Virus record (IMG/VR): IMGVR_UViG_3300006143_000285
Origin: a virus
Lineage: Duplodnaviria; Heunggongvirae; Uroviricota; Caudoviricetes
Length of the DNA: 64,000 nt
Strand: one strand, 5' to 3'
Positions within the stretch are counted from its first letter, which is position 1, and each line of letters starts with the position of its first letter. Position numbers and translations under genes: made by a program. Positions 1-10,584 of the stretch are shown here, one piece after another. The notes under the pieces are model-generated. The model worked only from the letters and a program-made list of their open reading frames with translations, searched no databases and was not told the DNA's origin.

Positions 1-399
1 CCAATGCTCCAAGCAGACCAAGCATGTTGTCGCCCGCTTTTTGTACCAATTTCGTCAAATCAATACCGGTAGCAGCAGTAACAGATGCGGTATCAATCAC
101 ACGAGCAAATAAATATGCCGCATTTTGCATCTGAATGTCTGTGATTTCATTCATTTTCGCTTCAATCACAGATTGTACTGGCTGCATTACTGGGATCACA
201 TTGCCATCCGGATCTGTCCAAGTCTCTCCAGTAGGCACAGAATATGGGGCCTGATTATAGTCAGGCGGCGTACCGGCATTGGCATCTTTCATACCTTGAA
301 TCAGGCTCTGAAAGATAGTATATCGTGATGGCTCATTTGCCTCCAGTTGTGCGACCTTATCAGATGTAGCAATATCTGGATGTAATTTTATCTCGGCCA

Positions 400-1425
400 T
401 TATTTCTGAATTTGTACTTTTTGTGTTAAGAAACCAGTATGGCTGGATGCAAACGCCTGTATCTTGGCCTTCAATGCAATGAAGCTACCCAACACATTTG
501 CTGGTGGCTGTGGGCCCATCATAGTCGGTGTCATCATCTGTCCGAGATAGCCAACTAAATCAGACAATATTGTAGCTAATTGCTGTCCCAGAACAGCATC
601 ATCGACACCACTTTTGCTACCAACGTAAGTCACTCCATCTTCTACCGTCACTGAAGACTTGCCCATTTCCATTTTTGCCTGCGAGTCATCAAGAATAAGG
701 CTGGATTTGTCGTGCTCCAATACAATTTCATCAGTAGTAATTGTCTGAGTTGACTTACCACCAACATCGTGTTTAATTTCGAGCCCGTCATTGGGATCAT
801 TGCCAATAACTTGTGTGACTGTGGCCTCAGCATTATCTTTTTCAGTATGAACCGTTGTCTTGACTAAATCCTTGGTGATTTCGGTCAGAGCATCAATACC
901 GGTCATCTTCAAATCGTTGATGTCATCGCCGTCTTCATCATCGTCAAATTCTTCACGCTCACGAACACCAATGGTAACTTTTTCATGGGAATCTAATTGT
1001 ATCAAATCAACATGAGAAAACATCACCACATATTCAGTTTGCGATTCAGGGTCAAGTGCAATAGTTACTTCGGAATATAGCTTGGGCACAATTAAGTACC
1101 CCTCTTTGTTCTTTTGGATAGAACTGAGGAATACACCTTCATGATAGCCATACTTCACACCATTTTCTTCTTGTAAGAAACCCTGTGTGTCAAACTCTTG
1201 AACATCGACAGTTCCAAACAACTCATCGCTCTCATCATCGTGGATAAGAGCAACGTAGCCGGTCTTCCTTGCCGAATCTCTCCAGACTCCGGTCTCGTGA
1301 TTAATATGTCCTTGAAGGGCAATTCGTTGAATCGCCTTCTTAATGAGGTCATTATTCCGATTGCTCATTGTCGCGTTGTATGCAGTATGGTAATTTGATA
1401 GTCTGACGGAAGCCATCGACTCCAA
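400..1425 (-). CDS. hypothetical virion protein (acidic; possible baseplate/tail component)
   Basis: 341-aa ORF at the distal end of the minus-strand structural operon. Acidic D/E-rich middle and hydrophobic C-terminus. No diagnostic motif recognised. Confidence 0.3.
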   Translation of the reverse strand: MESMASVRLSNYHTAYNATMSNRNNDLIKKAIQRIALQGHINHETGVWRDSARKTGYVALIHDDESDELFGTVDVQEFDTQGFLQEENGVKYGYHEGVFLSSIQKNKEGYLIVPKLYSEVTIALDPESQTEYVVMFSHVDLIQLDSHEKVTIGVREREEFDDDEDGDDINDLKMTGIDALTEITKDLVKTTVHTEKDNAEATVTQVIGNDPNDGLEIKHDVGGKSTQTITTDEIVLEHDKSSLILDDSQAKMEMGKSSVTVEDGVTYVGSKSGVDDAVLGQQLATILSDLVGYLGQMMTPTMMGPQPPANVLGSFIALKAKIQAFASSHTGFLTQKVQIQK

Positions 1426-2911
1426 AGTCAGTTTTCACTTCATCTACAAAATAATAGCCGTTCTTACCACTATGTATATCATCAATCAGACGAACTTTTA
1501 TTCCGGCGGTCAAGCACAAGTCACCAAACAAAGTCAGTGTTCCTTCGATGCCATTTGGATTATAGGTTTCAAGATATTTAATGGCTTCAGCCACCAACTC
1601 ATCGTGAGGACAATCAATCTTTTTAGACATATATGGAATGACCGTGTACTTTTTCAGGTTCACGGTATCTTTACTATCGGTTTGAACCCTTTTACCAAGT
1701 TTCAAGCCCTTCTTTGAAATCTTGATTTCATTTAGTGTTCGGAACTCTTTGGAATTTGGGTCATTCGGGTCATACTGAGGGTTACGAATGACAGTGATTT
1801 TATAAAATTTATCACGGCCCTCAGCTTGCTCCAAACACTGTGCTTCAACAGCAACAAACTTCTTATCCGTGCTCATCAACGAAAGCCCATTTTTAGCCAC
1901 ATTCCAATCAAAATAAATGACTGGCACTTCTGAATTTGACTCTCCCAATTTCAAGATAGAATCATTTTCAGTGTTTGAAAAATATGAACGTCCAACCGCT
2001 ATATATGGTGTATCACCCTCAAAACGAATAAATGAATACACTTTGCGCTTTGCCCAAATATCAAATAAGTCAGCCAATACCAAATCATCTGTCAAGTCAA
2101 TCTTACCAAGATTAATATTTGACGCTTTCGTCTTTGGATATAGCTTGATGCCAGACCCTTCCAGCAAATTCAAACACCCCGATCCTTCATCCAAAAATGT
2201 GGCAACGGTATCTGTTGACTTACCTTTTCGTTTAGGGCAAGTCACCATTTTCAATGCACTGGCAAGATTCTCACACTCAAGCTCGATGGGTGTATCAAGA
2301 CTCACTTTGGTAATGTAGCCGTTGAACATGACTTTGAGTTCTTTTTTATAATCACTGAGCAGACCTTTATCTGTATAGATTGACTTGCCATCAGGATTAT
2401 AAGCAGTCAAAGCTGCTATTTCCGGCTTTTTTGTGTAACCAAGAGATATTCGGATTCTATCTCCAATTTTGAAATCATCAATCTCAGCAAGTTTTGCACC
2501 TTCGATTTCGACCCATTCTCCGGCTTCATTCTTTATTTTAGGTGTGACGTTTTTGGTTTCTGTAATGACACCATCTTTATTTAAAACCGCAGTCGTATTC
2601 TTGTCGTAAATGTAACCATTCTGAGGTGTGAGTGTACGATGCAAGATTGTACCTCTGGGAAATTTCACAGAGGCACCACAAATCAGTTTTCTATATGTTT
2701 CTTCGATTTCAATATGCTCAACTTCAGCAAACAGCGTCGGGGAATCCGGCTCTTTCATCGGATTATCGCCTTCTTTGAAAGGCCATATTTCTATCAAGCA
2801 TATTAAAATACGATAGTCGCTTCTATCATCAACTGGAACCATTACCTTATACGTTAGTAACCATACCCTCGATGTCCAAACCCTTGCTGAGTGCGGAATT
2901 GGCCGCTCCAA
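1352..2911 (-). CDS. hypothetical structural protein (tail/baseplate candidate)
   Basis: 519-aa ORF in the same minus-strand block downstream of sheath and tube. Product unknown. Confidence 0.3.
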   Translation of the reverse strand: MERPIPHSARVWTSRVWLLTYKVMVPVDDRSDYRILICLIEIWPFKEGDNPMKEPDSPTLFAEVEHIEIEETYRKLICGASVKFPRGTILHRTLTPQNGYIYDKNTTAVLNKDGVITETKNVTPKIKNEAGEWVEIEGAKLAEIDDFKIGDRIRISLGYTKKPEIAALTAYNPDGKSIYTDKGLLSDYKKELKVMFNGYITKVSLDTPIELECENLASALKMVTCPKRKGKSTDTVATFLDEGSGCLNLLEGSGIKLYPKTKASNINLGKIDLTDDLVLADLFDIWAKRKVYSFIRFEGDTPYIAVGRSYFSNTENDSILKLGESNSEVPVIYFDWNVAKNGLSLMSTDKKFVAVEAQCLEQAEGRDKFYKITVIRNPQYDPNDPNSKEFRTLNEIKISKKGLKLGKRVQTDSKDTVNLKKYTVIPYMSKKIDCPHDELVAEAIKYLETYNPNGIEGTLTLFGDLCLTAGIKVRLIDDIHSGKNGYYFVDEVKTDFGVDGFRQTIKLPYCIQRDNEQSE

Positions 2912-3947
2912 CCGCTGCTCCGGCTGCTATTTCTGCAAGTTTGTTGTTAAGTATCAAATTATACCAAAAATTAGCAGGGCTCGCTTCAAATACCTCATTA
3001 ATACGACCGATTGTGTCATTGATCAAAGTGATTTCATCTGCCTCAATGGCAATACATGTCATAGAGTAAGGCTGGATGTTCTTATATTCTTGCTGCTGTA
3101 GAGAGAAATCTTTGATGATTACTTGCTTGACCTTAAATTGATCGAATATAAAATGATGCACTTGAACAATGCCCTTATACTGAGACATCTTAATAAGTCG
3201 TTGCACAGCCGCCGCTGGATAAACACCGGGCAAATCTGTGGCTACGCTACCATTGATTGTAAAGGTCAAATCACCATTAGAAATCAACTCTTTGCGTGAA
3301 GAATCACGACCCTGCACTGGAGTCATCACAAGGTTCTTGCTCGTGGCAAATGTTACTTGTGGAGACAAATCAATATGTATCACATCTTTACTTGTCACCT
3401 CTGTGGCATCTTCATATTCGATATTGTGTTCAATTGACCGATTTGTTTCAATCAAACTTTGAATAAGGCTCTGCTTCTTCACTTTATAGCTTTCTGATTT
3501 AATAGACTTCGGAAAACTATAAGTGACAGATGAATCGCCAGTGTAAGACATAATTAGAGCTTCGGGTACTTTTCGGCTTAGGTAATCACGCGCAGTTACG
3601 TTATCACCTTCTGCTGTCTGAATAGTACCATAATCAAATTCCGCAATCTCACCACCTTTAATAAGTTTTGCAAAGGCACTTTTATCACTAACTTTAAGAG
3701 CATCCTCACGGATTTTCTTAGCAGCCATATTTTGAAGCCGGGAAAACAGCCTGTTTAATTCGCCCTCAGCCATCTGCATAGCAATCTGTTGTGCAACACG
3801 AGCTGTCACGATCTTGCTGGCAGGCTTGCTCTTAAACTTCAAATCACCCAACGGTTGATTGCCGTTTATCCATCTGTAGCCAACTCCACCCAAAATAGAT
3901 TGGGCAGAGCCTGCTGTGGCAAATTTTAGATTAGACCAAACACTCAT
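2847..3947 (-). CDS. hypothetical structural protein
   Basis: 366-aa ORF in the structural block, overlapping its neighbour in the usual phage-operon manner. Confidence 0.3.
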   Translation of the reverse strand: MSVWSNLKFATAGSAQSILGGVGYRWINGNQPLGDLKFKSKPASKIVTARVAQQIAMQMAEGELNRLFSRLQNMAAKKIREDALKVSDKSAFAKLIKGGEIAEFDYGTIQTAEGDNVTARDYLSRKVPEALIMSYTGDSSVTYSFPKSIKSESYKVKKQSLIQSLIETNRSIEHNIEYEDATEVTSKDVIHIDLSPQVTFATSKNLVMTPVQGRDSSRKELISNGDLTFTINGSVATDLPGVYPAAAVQRLIKMSQYKGIVQVHHFIFDQFKVKQVIIKDFSLQQQEYKNIQPYSMTCIAIEADEITLINDTIGRINEVFEASPANFWYNLILNNKLAEIAAGAAVGAANSALSKGLDIEGMVTNV

Positions 3948-4205
3948 TGAAATATTGTTTTATGAAGAATAGCTACACTATAAGAATTCAGATTATAAAA
4001 ATCCCCTTGACAATTAATGATCGTCAAGGGGATTGTGTCATAGCTCCGAGAGCTTTAAGCTGATTAACCTTCAACATATGAGCATCTAACCATTCAGCTT
4101 CATTAGAGAGACTGGCAAAGTCCTCGTCGCTCAGGCTTTCTATATCGACACCCGGAAAGTAATGTCTTATGAAGATAATTTTTTGCCTGAAATACTGGTT
4201 ATCTT

Positions 4206-4601
4206 TTACTTCCGAGTCTTTGATAAATTTACCAGTCTGCCATTGCGCATTTCAATGATTCGACCGAGTTGACCCATTGTTCCAAACAAGAACAAGGAAT
4301 CGTCCTTAATCATTTCTTCATCACCGGCAAGGAAGCAATCTTTAGCAAGAGTGCGCATTGCAACAGCATTATTGCTACTGGCTGCCGAAAGATATTTAGA
4401 GAATGTTTTAAAATCAGGCTGACGGAAGTAGGCAACATAATGCTTCTTCTCATCGTAGTCCGGATTTCCTTCAATGACAATCGGGAAAATCACGCGAACT
4501 GTCGGATTATCTGCTTTAAGAGAAGCGACCTTTTTTTCAATTTCTTTTTCGAGCTCAGGGGTTAATTCTACCAGTTCCTCGATGTTGTCGATTTCGTCCA
4601 T
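4206..4601 (-). CDS. hypothetical protein (possible tail assembly chaperone by position)
   Basis: 131-aa acidic ORF immediately downstream of the tail tube gene. Assigned by position only. Confidence 0.2.
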   Translation of the reverse strand: MDEIDNIEELVELTPELEKEIEKKVASLKADNPTVRVIFPIVIEGNPDYDEKKHYVAYFRQPDFKTFSKYLSAASSNNAVAMRTLAKDCFLAGDEEMIKDDSLFLFGTMGQLGRIIEMRNGRLVNLSKTRK

Positions 4602-4729
4602 AATTGTTGCGAATTGATTTAATGTTTATTATAAATAGGGCAGTGTAGAAATAGGGGTTTGAAAAAGAGAGGAGATTTTTCATAATCTCCTCTCTTTCAA
4701 CATCAACATGTTCTAACAATTATGGAACT

Positions 4730-5185
4730 TTACTGTGAATCAATTATAATATCAAATGGATTGAGATCGAATTCTTTTGTAATGTTTGTATCATCCTGAG
4801 CGGCTTCCATACCATCCTCTGTAAACAGACAGCCTTTTAGAGTTACAGTTTCGGTAGTCCAATCTTCAGTTTCAAACTCATTAGCAAAAGAGATTACCAA
4901 ATCAAATTCCCCAAGTGCGGTAAGCGAGCCGCGTAGGCTACGAATTTGTACCTGTGTGTTGTAGTCCATTGTAATGGAAGCGGTGTACTCCCAATTGCCA
5001 AAACCTCGGTTCACAGGCTTACCACCAAGACCATAGTTGGTCTGCACATTCCACTTACGATTCCATTTAATACCTGTCACACCTTGAAGTGTGATAGAAT
5101 TAGCATTGGCAGACCCAGTAAGTGCAGGAGCAGTCAGCTCAATCATCGCCCACGAATAGGCTACATTATTTACAATCGTTGCCAT
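4730..5185 (-). CDS. tail tube protein (contractile-tail phage)
   Basis: 151 aa, directly downstream of the sheath-like gene. Size and beta-rich composition fit myovirus tube proteins. Confidence 0.4.
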   Translation of the reverse strand: MATIVNNVAYSWAMIELTAPALTGSANANSITLQGVTGIKWNRKWNVQTNYGLGGKPVNRGFGNWEYTASITMDYNTQVQIRSLRGSLTALGEFDLVISFANEFETEDWTTETVTLKGCLFTEDGMEAAQDDTNITKEFDLNPFDIIIDSQ

Positions 5186-5188
5186 TTA

Positions 5189-6520
5189 TTAGGATTGTTG
5201 AGAAAGCGCAAACCCTTCTTCCACTTCGATAATTTTCGAGTAACCCATCGGAATAATGGAATATTTGAGCTTGAGCTTATCGTTTTTCAAGATATTCTGA
5301 GCGGCAGGAATACTGATGGTACCAATGCCGCTGATTTCTTCATTGTCTGCCATTGCTTGCAGAACATCATTTACGAGATTACGGAACAATGCGATATGTG
5401 CCGCAGAGAGTTGACCAGTGGCCGGATCTACTTTAATCTTGTAGTTAACGTAGGGCAAAAGAGCCTGACGAACATTACGACGAGATTTGTTGATTACACG
5501 ATTACGAGCAATAGTGCGATAATCTCCATCAGAACAAGTTGAGTCGCCATTGAAAAATACTTGCCCCTCTCGACCGGCATATTTCATTAAAAAGATGTAA
5601 CCTAAATCATCAAGGTTATTCAACTGCTTCTGAGAAAGAGCAGAATAACGCATCGAATTGGTAAGTGCATCTCCTGTAACTGTGCAATCGCCAAAGCCAA
5701 GCTCAATGTCTGGGAAGTAATTGCCCAGATTGCAATTCATTACACAGCCGATATTGTCAGCCACATTATCACGCGCCAAAAGGCCAAGTGCAGCACCAAT
5801 ATTACCAACAGGAGTCTTACTGTCAAGAGCAATCTGCATCGCACGAACTTGCGTATCAACAGCCTGACTAAGCGCAACAGCCATATAACGGCAATCAATA
5901 ATACAAGATGGTATCTTACTGAACACAACTGTAGTCTGTGTGCCAGTTGCAGTCTTTACTTTTGCAGGATTAGCATTCAATACAAAGACTGCCTGCGCAT
6001 TGTATTCATTGGCCATAGAATTTGCAATAAGCTGAATGTCATCAACAATCTCAATTGCATACTTCTCTGCATCAGCATCGACTTCACGCCACAATGACTG
6101 CTCAGTCCACACACCAAACTGGTTGATAATGCCACCAGATGCTTGCTGCATTTCAAGAAGCGCATTCCAGTTGGTAGAGCAATCTGCAAAAGCGATAAAC
6201 AAACGACCAGTGCCGCCATTCAATTTAAAGAAATGTTCGATATGATAGTATGGAATGCCAAAGAGAAAATCTTTGCTAATACCGTCTTCGGTTTCGCCAG
6301 TGTAGGCTTTAATGCCCAGAGCTGCAACATCATCTAAGCTGTTGAGCTCAACCACAGCGTCTTTCAATTGTTCTGCCATTTCAGCAGCTGGGCCTTTTGT
6401 CCAGAAATCGGTTTGTGCCGAAATGTCAAAAAGCAAACCGCAGACCTTATCGGTAATACTTGAGTGTTCAACGCCAATATTACCATCGGTATCGGTCATA
6501 AATACGCCACCTAAAGCCAT
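5189..6520 (-). CDS. tail sheath protein
   Basis: 443 aa, adjacent to and upstream of the tube gene. Size and position match sheath proteins of Mu-like and P2-like myoviruses. Confidence 0.45.
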   Translation of the reverse strand: MALGGVFMTDTDGNIGVEHSSITDKVCGLLFDISAQTDFWTKGPAAEMAEQLKDAVVELNSLDDVAALGIKAYTGETEDGISKDFLFGIPYYHIEHFFKLNGGTGRLFIAFADCSTNWNALLEMQQASGGIINQFGVWTEQSLWREVDADAEKYAIEIVDDIQLIANSMANEYNAQAVFVLNANPAKVKTATGTQTTVVFSKIPSCIIDCRYMAVALSQAVDTQVRAMQIALDSKTPVGNIGAALGLLARDNVADNIGCVMNCNLGNYFPDIELGFGDCTVTGDALTNSMRYSALSQKQLNNLDDLGYIFLMKYAGREGQVFFNGDSTCSDGDYRTIARNRVINKSRRNVRQALLPYVNYKIKVDPATGQLSAAHIALFRNLVNDVLQAMADNEEISGIGTISIPAAQNILKNDKLKLKYSIIPMGYSKIIEVEEGFALSQQS

Positions 6521-6532
6521 TGTTTTTCAGTG

Positions 6533-6859
6533 TTAAGAGTTATAATAAGGATTTTTGTAAAGAATAGCGGCCTTTGCGACAGCAAGTTTGCATCCGGGAG
6601 AGAACACCCTTCCATCTGGAGCAATGAGCAATTCTGGTTGGTTCGAGAAGACTTTTAGAATGTCTTTTACCCTTTCGGACATCTCAATAACAGGCTCATC
6701 TTTGGCCTTACCCTTGCCAGTTTTCTTAGGCTTCTCAGCCTTATGTTCTTCTGCTACAGTCGGCTGATTTTCCTCAACGACTTCTACAGGAATTGCGACT
6801 TCTACGTCGTCTGTAACTACTGACTTTTCAATTTCTTCTGTATCTTTAATCTTAGCCAT
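6533..6859 (-). CDS. hypothetical small virion protein (head decoration or connector candidate)
   Basis: 108 aa with a Lys/Glu-rich linker, immediately downstream of the major capsid gene. Confidence 0.25.
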   Translation of the reverse strand: MAKIKDTEEIEKSVVTDDVEVAIPVEVVEENQPTVAEEHKAEKPKKTGKGKAKDEPVIEMSERVKDILKVFSNQPELLIAPDGRVFSPGCKLAVAKAAILYKNPYYNS

Positions 6860-6877
6860 AATGTGTTAGAATTAGAA

Positions 6878-6916
6878 ATGGGGAGCGGAGTTTCTTTCTC
6901 CACTCCCCATCACTGT
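6878..6916. terminator. stem-loop terminator or attenuator downstream of the major capsid gene
   Basis: GC hairpin atggggagcggag...ctccactccccat, followed by a T-run on the plus strand and an A/T-rich stretch on the minus strand. Confidence 0.5.
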
Positions 6917-6952
6917 TTTTACTTGTCGGGTAAAATTCCGCGCTCCGGTACG

Positions 6953-8011
6953 TTACGCAGTTTTCTTGTATGCGGTCCAGATGATAATTTCGGCAGGGAG
7001 CACGATATTAACATCCATCTTCATACGCATCTGGAAGAAGTAGAGCTCAGAGTTCGCCTGAAGGCGTTCAACCTTAACAGATTCTTGGTCAGTAGCATAG
7101 TCAACACCCATCCAAAGGTTTGAGTCCATACCAGAGTTGAACTTACCAAGAACGATGGTGTGTTCAGGAACACCGTTAATGACTACGATAGACTTGCCTT
7201 TGAAGCGACGCTTGTTAATGTCAGCGTTCTCAACATACTTCACTTCTTTTCTGGTCAGATACTCGTCATAGAGGTCCCAAAGATCCCAGCCCATAACGAA
7301 CTTCAGGTTCGAGTGCTTACGCAATTTCTTTGGACATGCTCGCCACATTGTGTATAGAGCGGTTTCCACTTGCTCACCAGTAGTAAGCTCAGTGTCACCG
7401 GCAAGAATTGCCTGTCCACCAGCAAGTTCATTTTTGTCGGTAGTAGTCAAGTTATCGAGGATGCGAGCGATTGCACCATCAAAATACTTCATGCTACCAG
7501 CAGCAGACTTGCCACCAAGAACGGTTGCGCCATCAGGACATGTAATCTTGGCATCTACGCCACCCTTGCGGGCACACCAGATAGAATCACCGATGTACTG
7601 ATCTTTCTTGTCAATAAGAAGATGTAGCATCTTCGACTGTACCTTTGGGTCAAGGTCGCGGAACAAGAGCTGGCCATCGGGCTGGAATGGCTTCCAGTAT
7701 TCTTCAAAGTCACGAGGATTGAATTCAAGATAAACCATGAAATCCTGTGGATCAAGATAACGTTCCGAGAAAGTGTACTGGTTAAAACCGTCTTCAGTTG
7801 CGCCACCCTCAGCAGAAGTTGGAGTAGGCTTGTTATCCTGAATAATTTCACCAAGTTCGATGTGAGGAAGCACATAACGCTTCTGAACACCGGATTTGAT
7901 GTGAATCAACCCCTCGGCAAATGTATCATTACCTTGTGCGGTATAGACCAAAAGGTCTTCCAGCACTTCGCCGGAGTAGGTATTACCGGCGTAATTAATA
8001 TTGCCTGCCAT
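6953..8011 (-). CDS. major capsid protein (HK97-fold candidate)
   Basis: 352 aa, directly downstream of the prohead protease-scaffold gene and followed by a terminator hairpin. Classical protease-scaffold-MCP order. Confidence 0.5.
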   Translation of the reverse strand: MAGNINYAGNTYSGEVLEDLLVYTAQGNDTFAEGLIHIKSGVQKRYVLPHIELGEIIQDNKPTPTSAEGGATEDGFNQYTFSERYLDPQDFMVYLEFNPRDFEEYWKPFQPDGQLLFRDLDPKVQSKMLHLLIDKKDQYIGDSIWCARKGGVDAKITCPDGATVLGGKSAAGSMKYFDGAIARILDNLTTTDKNELAGGQAILAGDTELTTGEQVETALYTMWRACPKKLRKHSNLKFVMGWDLWDLYDEYLTRKEVKYVENADINKRRFKGKSIVVINGVPEHTIVLGKFNSGMDSNLWMGVDYATDQESVKVERLQANSELYFFQMRMKMDVNIVLPAEIIIWTAYKKTA

Positions 8012-8027
8012 TATTGTGTCTTATGGA

Positions 8028-9332
8028 TTAGCTAAAAGTTTTAAATTCGATGTCGCCTACTACAGCCTTTACTTTCTCAGCAAGAGCTTCTTCGGTAGAT
8101 TTCATGGATTTTGCAGCAGCTTCCACATTTTCAGGATCTTTTGCAATTTCCTCAGTCACTTTATCACGAGGTGCGAGGCCAGCAAGAGTCTTCTCTACAA
8201 GTGGCAGATTGGCTTCTGCCATACTGATCCATTCAGCTTTATCCTCGACTTGAATTTTGCCAGCTGTCACAGCGGCCTGAACGAGTTCTTCGATGTGAGC
8301 GGCTTTCGCAGCTGCTTCTGCATCTTGATACGTTTTCAATTTGTTCTTGGCTTCAGCAAGCTCATCGGCAAGATTCTTCGCCTCCGCTTCCTTTCCCTTA
8401 AACTGAATCTTCAACTGGTCGAGCTCTGCTTTGGTATCTGTTAGACTTGTTTTGGCAGTAGCCAACTCAGCCTTGACAGTATTAAGGTCACTCTCGGCCT
8501 TTGTCAACTCAGTAATGCGAGGGGTCACGGAAGCTACCGGAGTGTCCTTAGCCAAACCAAGCTGCGCACATACAGTGTCAAAAGCCAGTTCTTTTTCGTT
8601 CATTACTTGTTGTGTTTGATTAGTTTGCTTATTTTGTTCAAGAATAGCGAGTGCTTTCTCGATAAGTTTGTTCTCCGCTTCATCGCTGACCATCGCGGCC
8701 ATGATGTCACGGATAGAGGACGCACTGCCTAATCCTTCAATTTTACTCTGTATGTCGGCACGAACTTGCTCGGAGGTACTGATGACATTGGCTTTTGGCA
8801 AAATCCCGGCTTTCACAGCTTCTTTTGCTGTCAAATATGTACCATCTGCATTTCCCTCACCATCCATGATAGCTCGAACCTCAGACTTTTTCAACCCAAA
8901 ACGTTTCTGATAAATAGTTTCCAGCTGACTTCTAAAAGCCTTCAGCATATTCTTAGTAGATTCATCCTGAGAGTCAATTGCATTGACAAATGGATTGTGA
9001 ATCATAAGAATTGAATAATCGTGCATAAAGAGCTTTGAACCAGCAGCCCAAATAACACTTCCCATCGAAGCAGCAATGCCCTCAATCACACAATGTGTTT
9101 CAATAGGACAAGACTGGATGACTGAAAAGGTACTCATGCCTGACACAACTGAGCCACCTTCAGAATTGATTAACACCAAAATTTTAGATGGCTTTACATA
9201 ATTCTGAAGCCATAGAAACTCATCATTAAAGCGAGTAGTGGTGTCTGGCGTTACTGGGCCGTAGAAACGAATGACAGCAGGCTTATTCTCAGAAGCCTCC
9301 CCCACAATGTATTTGTATTCGTTTTCGTCCAT
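8028..9332 (-). CDS. prohead protease (ClpP/S14-like) fused to a coiled-coil scaffold
   Basis: N-terminal region with the ClpP-like serine protease signature (LINSEGGSVVSGMS...IEGIAASMGSVIW). C-terminal long Ala/Lys/Glu-rich coiled coil typical of a scaffold domain. Confidence 0.65.
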   Translation of the reverse strand: MDENEYKYIVGEASENKPAVIRFYGPVTPDTTTRFNDEFLWLQNYVKPSKILVLINSEGGSVVSGMSTFSVIQSCPIETHCVIEGIAASMGSVIWAAGSKLFMHDYSILMIHNPFVNAIDSQDESTKNMLKAFRSQLETIYQKRFGLKKSEVRAIMDGEGNADGTYLTAKEAVKAGILPKANVISTSEQVRADIQSKIEGLGSASSIRDIMAAMVSDEAENKLIEKALAILEQNKQTNQTQQVMNEKELAFDTVCAQLGLAKDTPVASVTPRITELTKAESDLNTVKAELATAKTSLTDTKAELDQLKIQFKGKEAEAKNLADELAEAKNKLKTYQDAEAAAKAAHIEELVQAAVTAGKIQVEDKAEWISMAEANLPLVEKTLAGLAPRDKVTEEIAKDPENVEAAAKSMKSTEEALAEKVKAVVGDIEFKTFS

Positions 9333-9382
9333 TATCTATTTTCTGAAGAATAGCAAGTCCAAAAACGAAAGGTTGTTGCAGG

Positions 9383-10102
9383 CTATTCCTGAAAGCCTGC
9401 AACATCTTCAAATTTTGGATCATCATGGTCGTCGTGGTGATCTTGATTGTTTTCCGGCAACTGGTCAGAATGATTTGTAAAGGGAGGGATTACAATGCTG
9501 CGCTCCACATAATTACGATAACGATAAGACGTATAATTTCTAAACCATACCTCGTATGTTATCCAATATTGCTGTAGCCCATCGTCAAAATTCTCGACTT
9601 GATCAAAATACGTCAATTGACACCTTTCAGTCAAAGGCGCAAACTTGGACTTATTGGCTTCAATTGCATTATGCACACGTTGAAAAACATCATAGCCTTC
9701 AGTCTGATATTCATCATCCCCATTATTCAAACGATTCAAAACAAAGCAAATACGCAAATCTGCTCGTCCTTCGCCAATTCTGGAGGTCTGCACCAACCAT
9801 CTAATATTGATGAGGTGGATAAATACAGCAGGGAAAGCCAAACCATATTCAAGATTATGTTTATCGTTTTTAATACGAGTCAGTTGCCCTGAGTTCAGCT
9901 TAACGGTCCGAAATAACGGTGGACTCTCCGGATTATTTGGGTCAACCCGCAACTCTCGCACAATGCTTTCTACAGCTCTATATATTTCAGACAATGGATT
10001 TGCCTCATACAATTCTTGTTCTTGAGTCTTTGGCAGCTCAATGGCCTCAACCTTTTGCTGATTACTTTCTTTCTTTTGAGGCTTATTTTTATCTACAATC
10101 AT
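9383..10102 (-). CDS. hypothetical head-module protein
   Basis: 239-aa ORF between the virion-morphogenesis-like and protease genes. Confidence 0.3.
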   Translation of the reverse strand: MIVDKNKPQKKESNQQKVEAIELPKTQEQELYEANPLSEIYRAVESIVRELRVDPNNPESPPLFRTVKLNSGQLTRIKNDKHNLEYGLAFPAVFIHLINIRWLVQTSRIGEGRADLRICFVLNRLNNGDDEYQTEGYDVFQRVHNAIEANKSKFAPLTERCQLTYFDQVENFDDGLQQYWITYEVWFRNYTSYRYRNYVERSIVIPPFTNHSDQLPENNQDHHDDHDDPKFEDVAGFQE

Positions 10103-10584
10103 TTAGGTAATCCTTCAAATATGAGAACAGATAGCTTTTCAAGTTCAGCTTTCAACACAGTTGAGTGTCCGATGAATTGGCGTTCTTTTTTAGGTCCTTT
10201 CTTTGGTTTGTTGACCAATGAATTCAGGTTGTTGTGAACCCCAGCATAACAGAACCCCTTATGACGTTGTACCGAATTATTAAATTCCTTTGGGTCTGTA
10301 AAAATCGTTATTCGATGTTTTACATGAGCTGCAACTTTTATAGAATCTCTGAGTGTTCCAAACTCTTGCAATAATCCCGCCCCACCACGATAATTTCCTT
10401 GCCACGGTGCCCAAGGTCGGCTACCAGCAGTATTCATTCTTTTTTTGAGGAATGAATCTTGGAATACCTGCACCGCAGCATGACCAGCTTTCACTTCAAA
10501 ATTATGAACCCCAATTTGAAATTTGTGAGCGGCCCCAGCCCATTGAGCAGCCATCTGCTGTGGTGTAATCTTAATTACTGGCAT
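10099..10584 (-). CDS. virion morphogenesis protein (Mu G-like candidate)
   Basis: 161 aa, located between the Mu-F-like minor head protein and the protease, as in the Mu head module. Confidence 0.3.
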   Translation of the reverse strand: MPVIKITPQQMAAQWAGAAHKFQIGVHNFEVKAGHAAVQVFQDSFLKKRMNTAGSRPWAPWQGNYRGGAGLLQEFGTLRDSIKVAAHVKHRITIFTDPKEFNNSVQRHKGFCYAGVHNNLNSLVNKPKKGPKKERQFIGHSTVLKAELEKLSVLIFEGLPK

